Shown here piece after piece: positions 11,799-24,682 of a stretch of DNA of 64,000 nt. A program made the position numbers and the translations under genes. The stretch is from positions 310,001 to 374,000 of the forward strand of contig CM102288.1 in the NCBI GenBank assembly GCA_046563655.1, in the 5' to 3' direction. Under the pieces are notes generated by a model, which saw only the letters and a program-made list of their open reading frames with translations, was not told the DNA's origin and made no database searches. The stretch is from Yuukianura sp. NJ FZ-2021 (Eukaryota). How positions within the stretch are numbered: position 1 is the first letter of the stretch; each line of letters opens with the position of its first letter.

Positions 11799-13547
11799 AT
11801 GGAAGTTTGCAATACGAATGTTGGTTCTACTGAAAAAATGGAACTGGACGGAGACAAGGACACGAAGCCATCAGTTTACGATTTAGTTCTCAAAAATCAT
11901 CTGGTAAGCCTCAACTCCATTCAAATTTTATTAATAAATATTTAACACATTTTACACATTATTTTGCAAGTTGCAATCTTGCAATTTGTGTATAAGATTT
12001 TATTAATTTTTATAAGATTTTTTATAGATTTTGTTCTAAATTGGATCGGAATTTCTAAAAATCCAAGAAATTGTACTAATTTTGATGTTTTTCTGTTTAA
12101 TTTTTTCAGATTGTGAATAAAATCTGCAGTTTCGTTGGTCTGGATGACATGAAGAACATGAGATCCGTTTGCTACCACTGGAAGTACCAAGTCGCTCCAG
12201 TTTTGTTCAGTCGTGCGTGGTGTCCACTTATGTCAGATGAAGGTCACTGGAACGACATGTCAAGATTCATGAGAGCAGCCGATGCTCTACCAAACTTGAA
12301 GCTCATCAAGCAATTTACACTCAAGTACATGAATCTGACAGACGCAAATACGAAGAAGACCAACATCACAAAGTTCTTCAAGAAGCATGGAGACCACATC
12401 AAGCGACTGGCACTCAGAAGATGCTGTCTGGACAAAACTGGAGAATTCTGGACAAATCTGGTCAGAATCAGCAAGTGGACGAGTGAACTCCAGGAGTTGA
12501 TCCTGGACGAAAACTGTTTCATCCAAACAGACACGCCGTCGGACAGTTGGGGCCTACCGTCACGACACAAAATCAGGAAACTGGAATTCTTTTCGGACAA
12601 GTCAGAAGGAGCTTTGCCTTGCGCACTGGGAGAAATCTGGAAAGAGTTTCCAATTTTGGAGGTAAGGTCACGGGTCATTGACCAAAATCATAATTTGGCG
12701 GAATTGGTAAAAATTTTATGTATTTTGAGGAACTCTTTAAAAATTTTATGTATTTTTGAGGAACTTTTAAACGCTCTGTTTTGTTTATAATAGACGCTTC
12801 ATCTTGTGGATTTGACTGAAGAGGATAACTTGGTGCTGCTCGAATCCATGAATCCAGGAAAATTCAAAAATTCGAAACCACCGCTCATTCTGAGAGAACT
12901 GGACATGTTTGGAGAAAAGTAAGTTTAGCACAGGTTATACTTTTTAATACTATTTTTATGATATATTTTAATATTTTATACTTTTTTTCTTTTTTCTTTT
13001 GTCAAGGGAGTACTCTGTCCGGGAAATTCCAAGAAATCAACTGAAACTGTTCTGCGAGTTGAAACTTCCTTTGACCAAATTGACGATTGATATTGGCGAA
13101 AACATTCTTTCTGGAAACTTCCAGCAACTACTGCTGGCTTACTGCTCCACACTGAAGGAACTCGTCGTTTGGCGTGGACTTTTGGCAAATAAGCTCAAAC
13201 CTCCAGGATTTCCATTTGGAGTGACCCTGCCTGCCCTGGAATTTCTGGAAGTTCCAGAAAGCTGTATCGTCAACTTCAACTTCATCCATCATTTGCCAAA
13301 GTTGAATCGCCTGACGATACGCCAGTGCGACCTCAATCCGATTTCGTACGAAACTGATTTGTTTTCGTTTCGCTACAGTTACAAGGAGTGGAGAACATTT
13401 GTCCATGAACCTTGTAAAACTGTTCGTGACCTCAAAATTGAATTCAAGGTCAGCGAAGAAAACATTGAATTTCTGCGTGGAATTTTCCCAAATGTTCACA
13501 CTTTTACAACTTTCTTGGGCCAGGAACTGGAAATGTTAGTATTTTAA
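11799..13547 (+). CDS. F-box/leucine-rich-repeat-like protein, copy 1
   Basis: Four exons (about 11799-11903, 12110-12661, 12793-12918, 13007-13547). F-box-like VLKNHL|IVNKICSFVGLDDMKNMRSVCYHW is followed by LxxLxL repeats. Confidence 0.8.
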
Positions 13548-13911
13548 AAACACATTTTAAAACGAAATGAAAATGAGCAATGGAAATAATTTTAATTCAC
13601 AAGAGAAAAAATGACGAACATTTTGTCTCTTACAAAAATTTTAAGCTCGACTATGTAAAGAGTTGAAGAGAAATCTTAACCTCCTTTTTAAAGAATTTTA
13701 TTTAATTTTAATCTAATATTTATATTATATTATTTCAGTGCTTCTTGGTAATTAGTGGTTATATTATAATAAGATCATGAATAACTTTTAAAGTTTTTAT
13801 TAAATTGCATGTGATTATTGGTTTTATTGTTTTAGTTCATTGAAATATTTGAAATAAAATGGTTACATAAAGTTTTATTTGAGTCAAAGCAAACTCAAAT
13901 TCAAGATTAAC

Positions 13912-14410
13912 GTTCCAACCTTTTCAACTACTTATTTTATAAACTTTCATAAATTTATCTTTTGAAACTCAAAAAAACCATATTTGAAAAGTAGAACAAG
14001 TCAAAAGGATTTTCATTTCGAATTTTAACATTACAGCAAGAAGACATTTTCTGCAATAATTTGAGAACACAAAACACAATTTGAAAGTCAGGTTTTCGAC
14101 CGAAACAGGCTTTTACACTTGTCAACTTTACCTAATTTTGTAATCATGGAGAAAGTAGAGGTCAAACGAAGAAACACAAGGCACGTTGGAGGGTCAACCG
14201 GGTCAAACAATGGAAATTTGTAACGCAATTGCTGGGTTTACTGAAAAAATGGAACTGGACGTAGAAAAATGTGAGACTCTTCTTTTAAATCATTTTATTT
14301 AATTTTAATCTAGCTTATATTCTCATTCAATATATTTAAGTCTTTTTAGTTAGTAGTTGGTATTTTTATACCTTAGATCATGAGTAACTTTTGAAGTTTT
14401 TATCAAATTC
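13912..14410 (+). pseudogene. Internally deleted third F-box/LRR copy (5' flank and start of exon 1 fused to 3' flank)
   Basis: About 13912-14260 matches about 11530-11850 (upstream region and ...ACTGAAAAAATGGAACTGGAC). About 14280-14410 then matches the 3' flank of copy 1 at about 13680-13810. Confidence 0.65.
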
Positions 14411-14805
14411 CTGCTATTCTTTTGAATACTTGGAATAAAATTGTGACCTTTTTAATTTACACAAAGAGTTTAAATTGAAAAGCTATGATAGTTGAAACCC
14501 TATGGCTAGCCCCATCTGACGAAGCATTAGTAGAAGTAAACGGAATGTGCAAACGAGGTAACTGCCAGAGGGAAGTCTAAATGCAGATAAAAACGTAAAC
14601 ACGTGAATTCCGTATTACGAAGGAGAGGTTGGTTCATTGGTTCACAGGAGACAGGACACACAATTCTAAATCATTGGAAAACACAATTCCAAAGTGTTAT
14701 TATTTAACTAAGACGTTTTTACACTGGTCAACTTCAACTAATTTCGTAATCATTGAGGTCTAACGAAGAAAGACAAATCACGCCGAGGGTCAATTGGGCC
14801 AAAGA

Positions 14806-16476
14806 ATGGAAGTTCATAATGCAATTGCTGAGAGAATGGAACTGGACATGGACTCGAAGCCATCAGTTTACGATTTGGTTCTCAAAAATCACCAGGTAAG
14901 CAACAACTCCACTTAACTTTTATTACAAAATAATTAACACCAGTTTATAAATTAATTTTGAAAGTTATAATAATTAACAACTTTCTAAACTACAATAAAG
15001 TTTTGAATTTGCAGTAAATTGCAATTTCTAAAAATCCTAGAAATTGTATTGATTTTGATGTTTTTATTTCAGATTGTGGATAAACTGTGCAGTTTTGTGA
15101 GTGTAGATGACATGAAGAACATGAGATCTGTTTGCTACCACTGGAAGGAACAAGTAGCTCCAGTTTTGTTCAGTCGTGCTTGGTTGCCGCTGATGTCGGA
15201 AGAAAACGATGATGACTGGGACGTCATGTCACTGTCACGCTTCATGAGAGCAGCCGATGCTTTACCAAACTTGAAGCTCATCAAGCAATTCACACTCAAG
15301 TACATGAATCTGACAGACGCAAGTACTGAGAAGACGGACATTACCAGGTTTTTTAAGAAGCATGGCGAGCATATCAAACGACTGGCACTGAATAGATGCC
15401 GTCTGGACAAAACTGGAGAGTTCTGGACAAATCTAGTCAGAATTAGCAAATGGACGAATGAACTGCAGGAATTGATTTTGGACGAAAACTGTTTCATCCA
15501 AACAGACACGTCGTCGGACAGTTGGGGCCTACCGTCACGACACAAAATTAGGAAATTGGAATTCTTTTCGGGCAAGTCAGAAGGAGCTTTGCCTTGCGCG
15601 CCGGGAGAAATCTGGAAAGAATTTCCAATTTTGGAGGTAATTGACCAACTAACTTCATGTTTTGGTGGAATTTGCGCAATTTTTATGTATTTTTGAGAAC
15701 AAAGTTTAATACTATTATGTTTTTTTAAATAGACGCTTCGGCTGGTGGATTTGACTGAAGAGGAGAACTTGGTACTACTGGAATCAATGAATCCAGGAAA
15801 ATTCCAGAATTCGCAACCTCCACTCATTCTGAGAGAACTGGACATGTTTGGAAAAATGTAGGTTATAAGTTATACTTTTTAATACTATTTTGTTTATGAT
15901 ATGTTTTAATATTTATACTTTTTTTTGTGAAGGGAGGACTCTGTCCACAAAATTCCAAGGAATCAAGGGAAACTTTTTTGCGAACTGAAACTTCCTCTGA
16001 CCAAATTGAAGATAGATATTGGAGTGGAAATTCTTTCTGGAAACTTCCAGCAACTGCTGCGTGCATACTGCACGACATTGAAGGAACTCGTAATTTGGCG
16101 TGGATCTTGGGGAAACCAACTCGAACCTCCAGGATTTCCATTCGGAGTGACCCTGCCTGCCCTGGAATTTCTGGAAGCTCCAGAAAGTTGTTTCGTCAAC
16201 TTCAACTTCATCCATCATTTGCCAAAGTTGAATCGGTTGACGATTCGCCAGTGTGACCTCAATCCGATTTCGTACGAAACTGATTTGTTTTCATTTCGCT
16301 ACAGCTACAAGGAATGGAGAACTTTTGTCCATGAACCTTGTAAAACTGTCCGAGACCTTAAAATTGAATTGAAGGTCAGCGAGGAAAACATTGAATTTCT
16401 GCGTGGAATTTTCCCAAACCTCCGAACTTTTGCGGCTTTCCTTGGCGGAAATCAGTGGAAACTGGTTACATTCTAA
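14806..16476 (+). CDS. F-box/leucine-rich-repeat-like protein, copy 2
   Basis: Same four-exon structure as copy 1 and highly similar to it. The reading frame is intact across the junctions. Confidence 0.8.
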
Positions 16477-16934
16477 GAGGTGATGATCTTGAGGTGATTC
16501 TATGATTCTATGAAATCAGATGAAAGGTTAGTTGTCAAACTAATTAAAACTTCATGAATTACATTGTTCCATGCCTTTATCAGCAGAAGTGTTGACCTGT
16601 AGAACTTACTTAGTTCTCCTATTTCAATTACCTTTTATATTATTGTTAAGGTAATTCAAAATAATAATAAATTGTGATGTGTCGCAATCAGCTTTGACAT
16701 TGGCTTGGGGCTTGTCGCTTGTGTGAGATCATGTGGTTACAAGTATAAAGCGTTTGTTTACGTCAACCAGAATGCGGGGAAACCGGCACAAAGTTAAGGA
16801 CGTGTGTTATGCGTCTAATAAACAATAATCGTTAAATTTAGTAACCACGATAACGGAGCTTGTGCAGTTAGTAAAACATGCAGACATCGACAAAAAGAAA
16901 CACCCTTAAGTGAGTGGTGAAAAAGGATCAGTGG

Positions 16935-17116
16935 ATATCAAACTTTAGGAAAAGACTTGATCTAGTACCCTGTCGGAGAAAATTACACAAGTTTAGTTCT
17001 AACTGTGAAAAAAATTGACTCAAACATTCCACCTCCATATTTACATAGATAGAACTAAAATTTTGTAATTTTCTCCGACAGGGTACTAGATCAAGTCTTT
17101 TCCTAAAGTTTGATAT
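16935..17116. repeat. Inverted repeat / MITE-like palindrome
   Basis: Arms 16935-17001 and 17050-17116 are near-perfect reverse complements (ATATCAAACTTTAGGAAAAGACTTGATCTAGTACCCTGTCGGAGAAAATTACA...). Confidence 0.85.
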
Positions 17117-17363
17117 ATTGTTGGTCATTGTACGACCTTCCTACGCTGATCCAGACCATTTTCCATTTGATGAGTTACAGCCGCATTTTGACCCCCCGTT
17201 TCCAGGGTGTTCGCACACCTTAACATGCGAAAAGCGAAATGTTAGACTTTTTCATCCTCTGTCATCCCGGGGGAGTTTTTAGTTTATTATTACGCATTTA
17301 CATTTATTTATTTACACATTTATTTTAACAGGTCAGAGGTCACTGTTACCGGGTCTTCAACGA

Positions 17364-17513
17364 GGGTAGGAGTAAGGTTGATGGTGCCAATGCCCTTAGT
17401 GTTATTTACATTGTTTAGGATAGGTTAGGTTTAAAAAGTACGCCAAACTGTTATCTAACTTGCCGCATTTAACATGGCAAAACAGCATTGGCACCATCAG
17501 CCTTACTTTACCC
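17364..17513. mobile_element. MITE, 150 bp, about 30-bp TIRs, 7-bp TSD
   Basis: TIRs GGGTAGGAGTAAGGTTGATGGTGCCAATGC and GCATTGGCACCATCAGCCTTACTTTACCC. Direct repeat TCAACGA at 17357-17363 and 17514-17520. Confidence 0.8.
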
Positions 17514-17696
17514 TCAACGAGGATTCTAAGAATACTATCCATCCGGTTTGTCGTTTTTGGATTATTGAACTTTTGACACTCAATCAAATCAGGTTGGTTA
17601 CGGTTCTTTTAATAACTTGAACAATGCTAATGTGTTCGTTTTGTTTGCTGAGGTCAGTTCAGACGGGTCACACAAGTTGTAGCTACAAGCGAGATC

Positions 17697-20053
17697 ATGG
17701 AATCCTCCAGAAAGTATTTATACGAGAAATACCTGGACGAAGGATGTGGTGTTTCGTTCAAGGGTCAAGGACGTGTGTGGAATACAGCCGAAGATGGTTA
17801 GTCGGAAGAGAAACATGTTAACATTGAGCAAGTTTATGACCATAACCACCTTGTTCCAGTTGCTCCAGTAGTAAAGGCTATGCAGGAGTGTCGGAACATG
17901 AAATACTTGGAACTTGAAGGCAACACACTGGGAGTCGAAGCAGCCAAGGAAATCGGAAAGGCCCTTGAATCACATCCCGAATTAGAAATTGCTCTTTGGA
18001 AGGATATGTTCACTACCCGTCTCAAGAGTGAAATTCCCAAAGCTTTGGTGAGGTTTAGTTAAAAGAATTGGTTAGAGATGAAAAGATTTTCGATTGGTTT
18101 GCTGTGAAATACGTCTGTACTCTTGGTTCATGTTTTCTTTTTTCTTCACAGGGTTATCTATTTGCTGGTGTGGATTTAGCTGGAGCATGTTTGCAGCGAT
18201 TAGACTTGAGTGACAATGCCATTGGTCCAATGGGTATGCCAGGCGTTACGCCATTTTTTCGTACCAAGAGCAGCTTCTATCTGGAAGAATTGATCGTCAA
18301 CAACGAGGGAATGGGACAAGAGGGTGGCGAGGTTATTACTTTCATTTTTTTTCTGATCTTGTTGATCAATAGTTTTTATTATACTGAATTCTTGTTTCCT
18401 GTTGATTAGATTTTCGCTTCAGCTCTAACTGAATGTTTTGAGTTGAGTCAAGCATCTGCTGATCGCCTTCTGCAGCTAAAAGTCTTTCAATGTGGCCGGA
18501 ATCGACAGGACAACAAGGGAGCGATTTGCTGGGCCGAAATCTTTGGGGTAAGCAGAACTGCTCCCACTTTTAACTTGTAAGTTTTAAACTCTTATTTGGT
18601 TTCTGTTATAAAACAGCAACTTGGTACTTTGGAAGAAATTCATATGCCTCAAAATGGCATCAACCCACCTGGAATCAAGGCACTTGGAGACGCCTTTTCG
18701 AAGAATCCGAATCTGCGGGTAATCAATTTGGAAGATAACACAGTTCGACAAGACGGAGCTCAGTTACTAGCAAACGTTATTCCGAGTTTAACCAAGTTAG
18801 AAGATCTCAACTTATCCGACTGCCTCATTCGTGATGAAGGAGCGGACGCTTTGTCTCCAGCTCTCCGCAGTCTCCAGCACCTCAAAAGTCTCCAGCTGAT
18901 TTCAAATGAAATTAAGAGCAGTGGTGGGATGAAATTGGCTTCTATTCTTAGAGAACTTCCTTCCCTTACTTATGTGAATCTTTCTGGAAATGAGTTTGGG
19001 AATCGTACTATCGGTGACATCAGTCAATTACTGAAGAACGTTGAGGATGTGATTATTGAGTAAGTTGGATACACGAAAATGTAAAGATTCTGTCAACGAA
19101 GCAGCGTTATTTTAATCATCAATTGTATTTTTAGGGATGATGAGGGCGAAGGAGACGAAGTAGAGGAAGAAGACGATGAAGGCAACCGTGGCGAAGAACA
19201 AGAAGAAGTGCATGACGGAAATTCTGATGGTGAGTTGACAGATGACATGGAGCCAAGGTTTGTCGCAAAGTACATGTCACTTTTGGGGAAAGATTCCACC
19301 TTGGCCAACGTGGATCCTGCTGCAGCCTTTATTTCATATCCTTCCGTTGAAACTTACATGAAGCTCTTGCCAAAACCAGTTCTACCGCTTACTCGATATT
19401 TCAACCAAGAGGGTGTAAGTGGATTAAAGCATTTTCACTCACGATTAATCATTCAACTTAACTGAATATTGTTTCTCAGACTCATGAGTTCCATGATTTG
19501 TGTATTTTCGCTGCTCTGAACATTTCCAAAATCAATGGACCAAATTGTTCGGAAACCTTTGAGGAGTTGCTGGATGCCGGACTGGAAAGGACAACCGCAA
19601 ATGGTTTCGCAACTTCGCTGCTCACTTGCCTTGGATTCATTCGGGTAAACATTATCATTCAAAGCGAACTTCCTCAAAGCGTATCGTAAAAGTATGATTC
19701 ACATTTAATGTAATAATTCATTGGATTTCTAATTTTCAGGGTGAAAAGATGGGATCTGATGCCTCTGCTTCGCTGATTTGTAGACCGACTGACCTGACTA
19801 TTCAAGCTCTAGCACAATACTTGAGTCACGGAAAAGTTCCTGTTACCGTCTTCAATTGCATTCATTTCTTCATTTCTGAGTAATTGTTTGTGGTTGCTAT
19901 TCTTCATCGTTGTTTTTAGCACTAACAATTTATTTGTGATTCGTTTTTAGACGAGTTTCTCCCAAGGTGGACAGCATTCATGTGCTGGATTCCGAGTATC
20001 AACAGTTGCTGGGTGTAATTAAAACTCGGATGGAAGGAATCACTTTGTACTGA
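17697..20053 (+). CDS. RanGAP: Ran GTPase-activating protein
   Basis: LELEGNTLGVEAA, WKDMFTTRLKSEIP, LDLSDNAIGP, CGRNR and MPQNGI LRR motifs. An acidic D/E tract and a C-terminal domain follow. Multi-exon, stop at 20051-20053. Confidence 0.92.
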
Positions 20054-20454
20054 ACAGAAGACCAACCGTAACTTAAACATAATAAGAATATCTCAACTAA
20101 AGATAAGAAGGTATGTTTAATATTGTAATTTGTACATTGCATGTTACCAGAGTTAATTGTTTACATTTAATTAAAAACTAAAATCGGATTTGGTTCATGT
20201 CTCATACGATGTATGAATTCGTATTCTGTGTGGAGGGAACTCTTTCTTGGAGGGACGCAAGTTTGTCAACGGACAACAAATTTTTTGTTTTTGTTTTGCC
20301 GAAAGCTAAAAAGTGAAGGGGCCCCTTCCCTTTCCGTCGCTTGTCATTGCACGATTTGTTTAGATTCGAGATACTTTCGGCTTTAATATAATCATTGAAT
20401 TGAATTAATATAAATTAAATGTTAATTATTTATTAACACCGCTAGCGGCTCAAC

Positions 20455-23400
20455 ATGGAAAAGCTATTGCATAACAATCCCGGATCCGGATCTCATTCAG
20501 CATCGTCATCAATACGAAAGATGGACGTTGGGGTATCGGTTGGAGCAAACGCTTCACTAAACAAAGCTAAACCTCCGTACAGAGCTACTCATTTGGTAAG
20601 CCATTGTAAAACCAATTGATCCAGTTAATTTGAATCATGTTTGACGTTAATCTTATCTTGGATTTTGATATTAGTGGAAGGACGTTCTGCGAAGTTTCAG
20701 AACCGGTGTACCATTGGGCAAACATCGTTCATTGCTCTGGCAGTACGACAACTGTTTCCCGGCAAACGTCGCCATTACCTGGTTCCATGCTCAACTGCAA
20801 CAGAAGTATGGAGCAGCAATCACACGTCGACAAACTCTTCAGCTTCTTCAAAAATTTTATAAGGTTGGAATCATTTGTCCAGTGTCAAGAAATCCAGAGG
20901 CTTCAGACGAAGAGCAATCAATGAAAACCAAAGAGACTGATTTTAAAGATAATCGACGACTGTACAAGTATGTCGCTTCAAAATTTTAGACAAGTAAAAT
21001 ATTCAACCTTCGGAATTTGTTTTTCTGTTTTTAGACTTGTGGAGTACAAAGCTGATGACGTCCAGCATGACAAATCCAATTGCAATAACGAAGTACAAGT
21101 AGAAACTAATCCCAAACCCAACAATTACTGTGTCGTTATCAATCAAATCTCGGTGGACCAAGTCTTTGACATTTGGAAAAACGTTTTCATTGAGAGGTGA
21201 GGCAGAGGATTCATTACATTTAAAGAAAAAAAACGTTTTTTTTAATAGATCATGCGTTTTCACAATTGTTTTTAGGTTTGTTCACGTCGTCGGTTACAAC
21301 GTTTTCACAACGTTTCTCAAACCAGGTTGTGTCAAGGGTCTCCGAATAAAACACAACATGACGGAAATCGGTTCCAATGGAGTCGTTCTTGTTCCTAAAG
21401 CTAAGGATCTTCCGGATTGGCTCTTGAGTGCAATGTTATGTGCAATGAATGGTTAGCACAAACGTATTTCTATTCAACGAATTTTCTAATTTGTGTACTA
21501 AAACGTGTTTTTATAGGATTTCCGGATACAGAATTCACGTTTAGCAAATATCCCACACTAAAAGCCGACGTCTTCCGAGTAATCCGGGAGTATTTCGATA
21601 CTTTCAAGGACACGACTCCGTTGCTCACTTTTGAACTCTACGACGCCTTTGTCTCTACGTTTATCCGGGCGGCAGTTTTCAATGCCAACGAAAAAAATGT
21701 CCAGACGTCGTTGGGAAGCCATTCAAAACGAAGCCGTGAACTACCACAACAGTTTGCTCAAGAAAAGTATCCCTTCACAGTTTCAGATTCAACTGAAGAT
21801 CTTCTGCTTGACATGCTCACTCCACGAAAACAGAATTCGTCTAAAAATGCCAGCACTTTGGACACAATTCTATCTCCGGGAAGTGAGTGTGGAGATTTGA
21901 CACCATTTTCACCAGAACCCATGCAGGCAATGGGAATGGACCAAGTTTATCTCGAAACAGCATTCACTGGTGAACAGAGTCCAGTTACTCGAGTGATCTC
22001 CAAGGAAGAGATTGAAGTTAGCCTTGGATCATTACGGAGCAGACCAAGTACTCTCTCACTTCAAAATGCAAACGCACCAATCAAATCCCATCTTGGCTAT
22101 GAAAATCTTCATCTTGTGCTGAGTCCAGCAGATTTGGTGAACCACCCCAAGTATTCCAAGTTATTAGCTGCTGTCACTGATTTGCATAATTTTCCAAAAG
22201 CATTTTCCAGTTCCAATTTTGCGTTTGAAGCAATGCTCAAATCATATGGATCGTCCGAAAACAAAAGTCGAGAGAAACTAGGTTTGACGCGATCGTTCGA
22301 TTCACAAATTCTGAACCGTCCAGCCCCTCCTCCGTATCGACCGCCTTGCAGAAGCCATTCTGCAGTGAATTTGAGTGATGCCAACCAAGATCGCACTACT
22401 GGACAAGTATCGATGTTGCCATTGCCAGTATCAAAGCGCAGTCGCGGAAACGATGATGGAGATGAAGATGATGATGAATTGCGTCAACAGCTTTTGCAAA
22501 AATTTGCAACCTCGCCGAGCCGAAGTGCCCGAAAAACTGTTAAAATGATTACTGATGAGAAGAAGAAAAAGAAGGCTGCGTCTACATGTAATACGAAAAA
22601 TGTTGATTCCAAAAATTAGTTCTTAGAATTTTTACGATGTTTCTCATTTTTTTACAGTTGTAATGAATTCAGAAGGAAAGGAGTTTGCAATTGTTTCGTT
22701 CCGATTACTGACGCTGCTTTTGGAACCGATACATCGTCGTCATCTTCATTTCCTGCTTAAGTTTATGAACAAAATTGCAGAAACGCATGATCTTGATGAT
22801 TCAAACTCAACTCCAGACATCGTAAAGAAATTTTTAATTCTGGAAATATTTTATTGGAAATATAACTTTGTATAATCCGATGACAATTTTTTTTAAAACG
22901 CAGGTCACAGAATACTCCCGTTCAATTTTGGGTTGTTCAGTGCAGAAAGAATACGATCTGAATTTGGCACATCAAATTGTTACGTTTTTGATGATTCACA
23001 ACCAGGAAGTATTTGATGTCACGCCAGAAGATTCGTTGAGAAAAGAAGCGGAAGATCAAATACGTCAACAGCAGATCGAAAAGGTTTTTCAAAACGTTTT
23101 TATACTTTTTTGGTCTGGAATGCAAAACTTTTTAAATTTTGACTAAAATGATATGATTTGTTTAGATTCCGATGAATGCTGTTTCGCCAATGCCAAAAGA
23201 AGCTACTGAAGAAGACATGGACAAAGAGAACGATCCGAATCCAAAGTTTGCTTGTTCCAAGGTGACGCTGGATGAGTACGAAGATCAGCGTCTTCTCGGC
23301 GGAACTGCCCAATCACTTCGCGAATTACTTGCTACATGCGATGCTTTGGCAGACGCCAAGGAGAGGAAGCGTCAACTAAAAAAGGTAAAAACTTCATAAA

Positions 23401-23601
23401 ACCAACAAAATAAAATCAATCAATCAACACAAAATCGTGTTTTTTTCTTAGTTTCGCAAGGAATACCCGCATATTTACTCTGAAAAGTTTGGAGAGGCTG
23501 AAAACTCCGAAATTGAATCAAGCACCGAAGTTGTTGAAATGGAAAAAGAGGCTCCAGTTTCTACTAAAAAGGGGAGTCGGATTTTGCGAGCTCTTTTCTA
23601 A
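20455..23601 (+). CDS. DEPDC1: DEP-domain plus RhoGAP-like protein (DEPDC1/DEPDC7/LET-99 family)
   Basis: PYRATHL|W...YDNCF....AITW and ITRRQTLQLLQKF (DEP domain). DLPDWLLSAMLC, PLLTFELYDAF and LLLEPIHRRHLHFLLKFM (RhoGAP-like). KRQLKK|FRKEYPHIY at the C-terminus. Confidence 0.85.
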
Positions 23602-23872
23602 ATCAGATGACTTTGTTTACATTTGAAATAACAATTAATTTCGATTAGTTTATTTAATCTCCTATTAGTTTAAATTCAGTTGACCTTATGAGGGGTCAAC
23701 ATGTACCGTTTTTGACAATCTCCAACTCTTTGTCTACAATCAACTTGAGTCAGGAGCACAAGAAAAAGAGCAGAAATTACAAATTGTTTTTCATACTATA
23801 GCTAAATAACACAAGTATTTTATTAAAAACTTGGATTTTTTGAATGTTCACAGCCTTTACACCAGTACCATC

Positions 23873-24475
23873 AACCTCTACTCTTTTAGTTAAGTTGTAA
23901 GTCTTGTTAAGCATTATTGCATCATCTTAGAAATGTACTTGACCTTGACCTTATTTCTGCAAGTCACAAGTTTCTACTTCTTTTCTAAGTTCATCGACTC
24001 GCTAGACTTGCGTGGAAGGTCAGAAAGTTGATCAATTGTTTAAAAACTTTTCTTTTGCAATTCCAATTTCATTTTTCATAAAATTGAAATTTTCTCACAG
24101 AATCTGCTAAATCAAAATCACTCAAGACTTCAGAAAGTGAAACTGTGAAACTGAAATTTACATTTTGCTTCAGTTTAGTTAAACTTGTGGAATTTCAGCA
24201 CATCGGTTCGCACCATCTCTACATTCTTTTCAAACTACAAAATCTAGTTTTTTAATAAGTGGACAATTTTAAAAAAATGCAACGGACGTCAAAGTTGCGT
24301 TGGTCGTTTTGCTGTTGCATGAGTCGAAGAACGGGAGCCCTCATCGCTGGGATTATGAACATTGTAAGTAATTAAAACTTTTTGACATGCAAGATGCAAT
24401 TTAAGTTTCTGTTTGACCTCTGACCTTTGCTGTTAAATTTTGAAATGTTTGTAGATTTTAGGAATTTTGTGCATA
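23873..24475 (+). pseudogene. Duplicated segment carrying a truncated 5' copy of the 26849-27710 four-TM gene
   Basis: Matches 25854-26057 joined to 26639-27045. Contains exon 1 (ATG 24277, MQRTSKLRWSFCCCMSRRTG...), intron 1 and only the first codons of exon 2. Confidence 0.8.
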
Positions 24476-24682
24476 ATTTTATGTAAAAATTTTTTATTGT
24501 TCTAAGAAATTTTGTGACGTGCTGAGCACGTGAATTTGAATTTTAGCGCTGAGAAAGTCACGAGAGAAGGGAATCACACATTCCAGAATTTTCAATTCTT
24601 CAAGAACACGCCGTATTGACTTTGGCCGGGCAAAATACCTTTGCAAAGTTAATTAATTTACCGATTGTGTTAATTTGGAACC

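Noticed and set aside
14500..14660. CTGACGA in a unique insert between F-box copies as a second hammerhead
   Set aside because: No stem II, GAAA or stem III arrangement follows.
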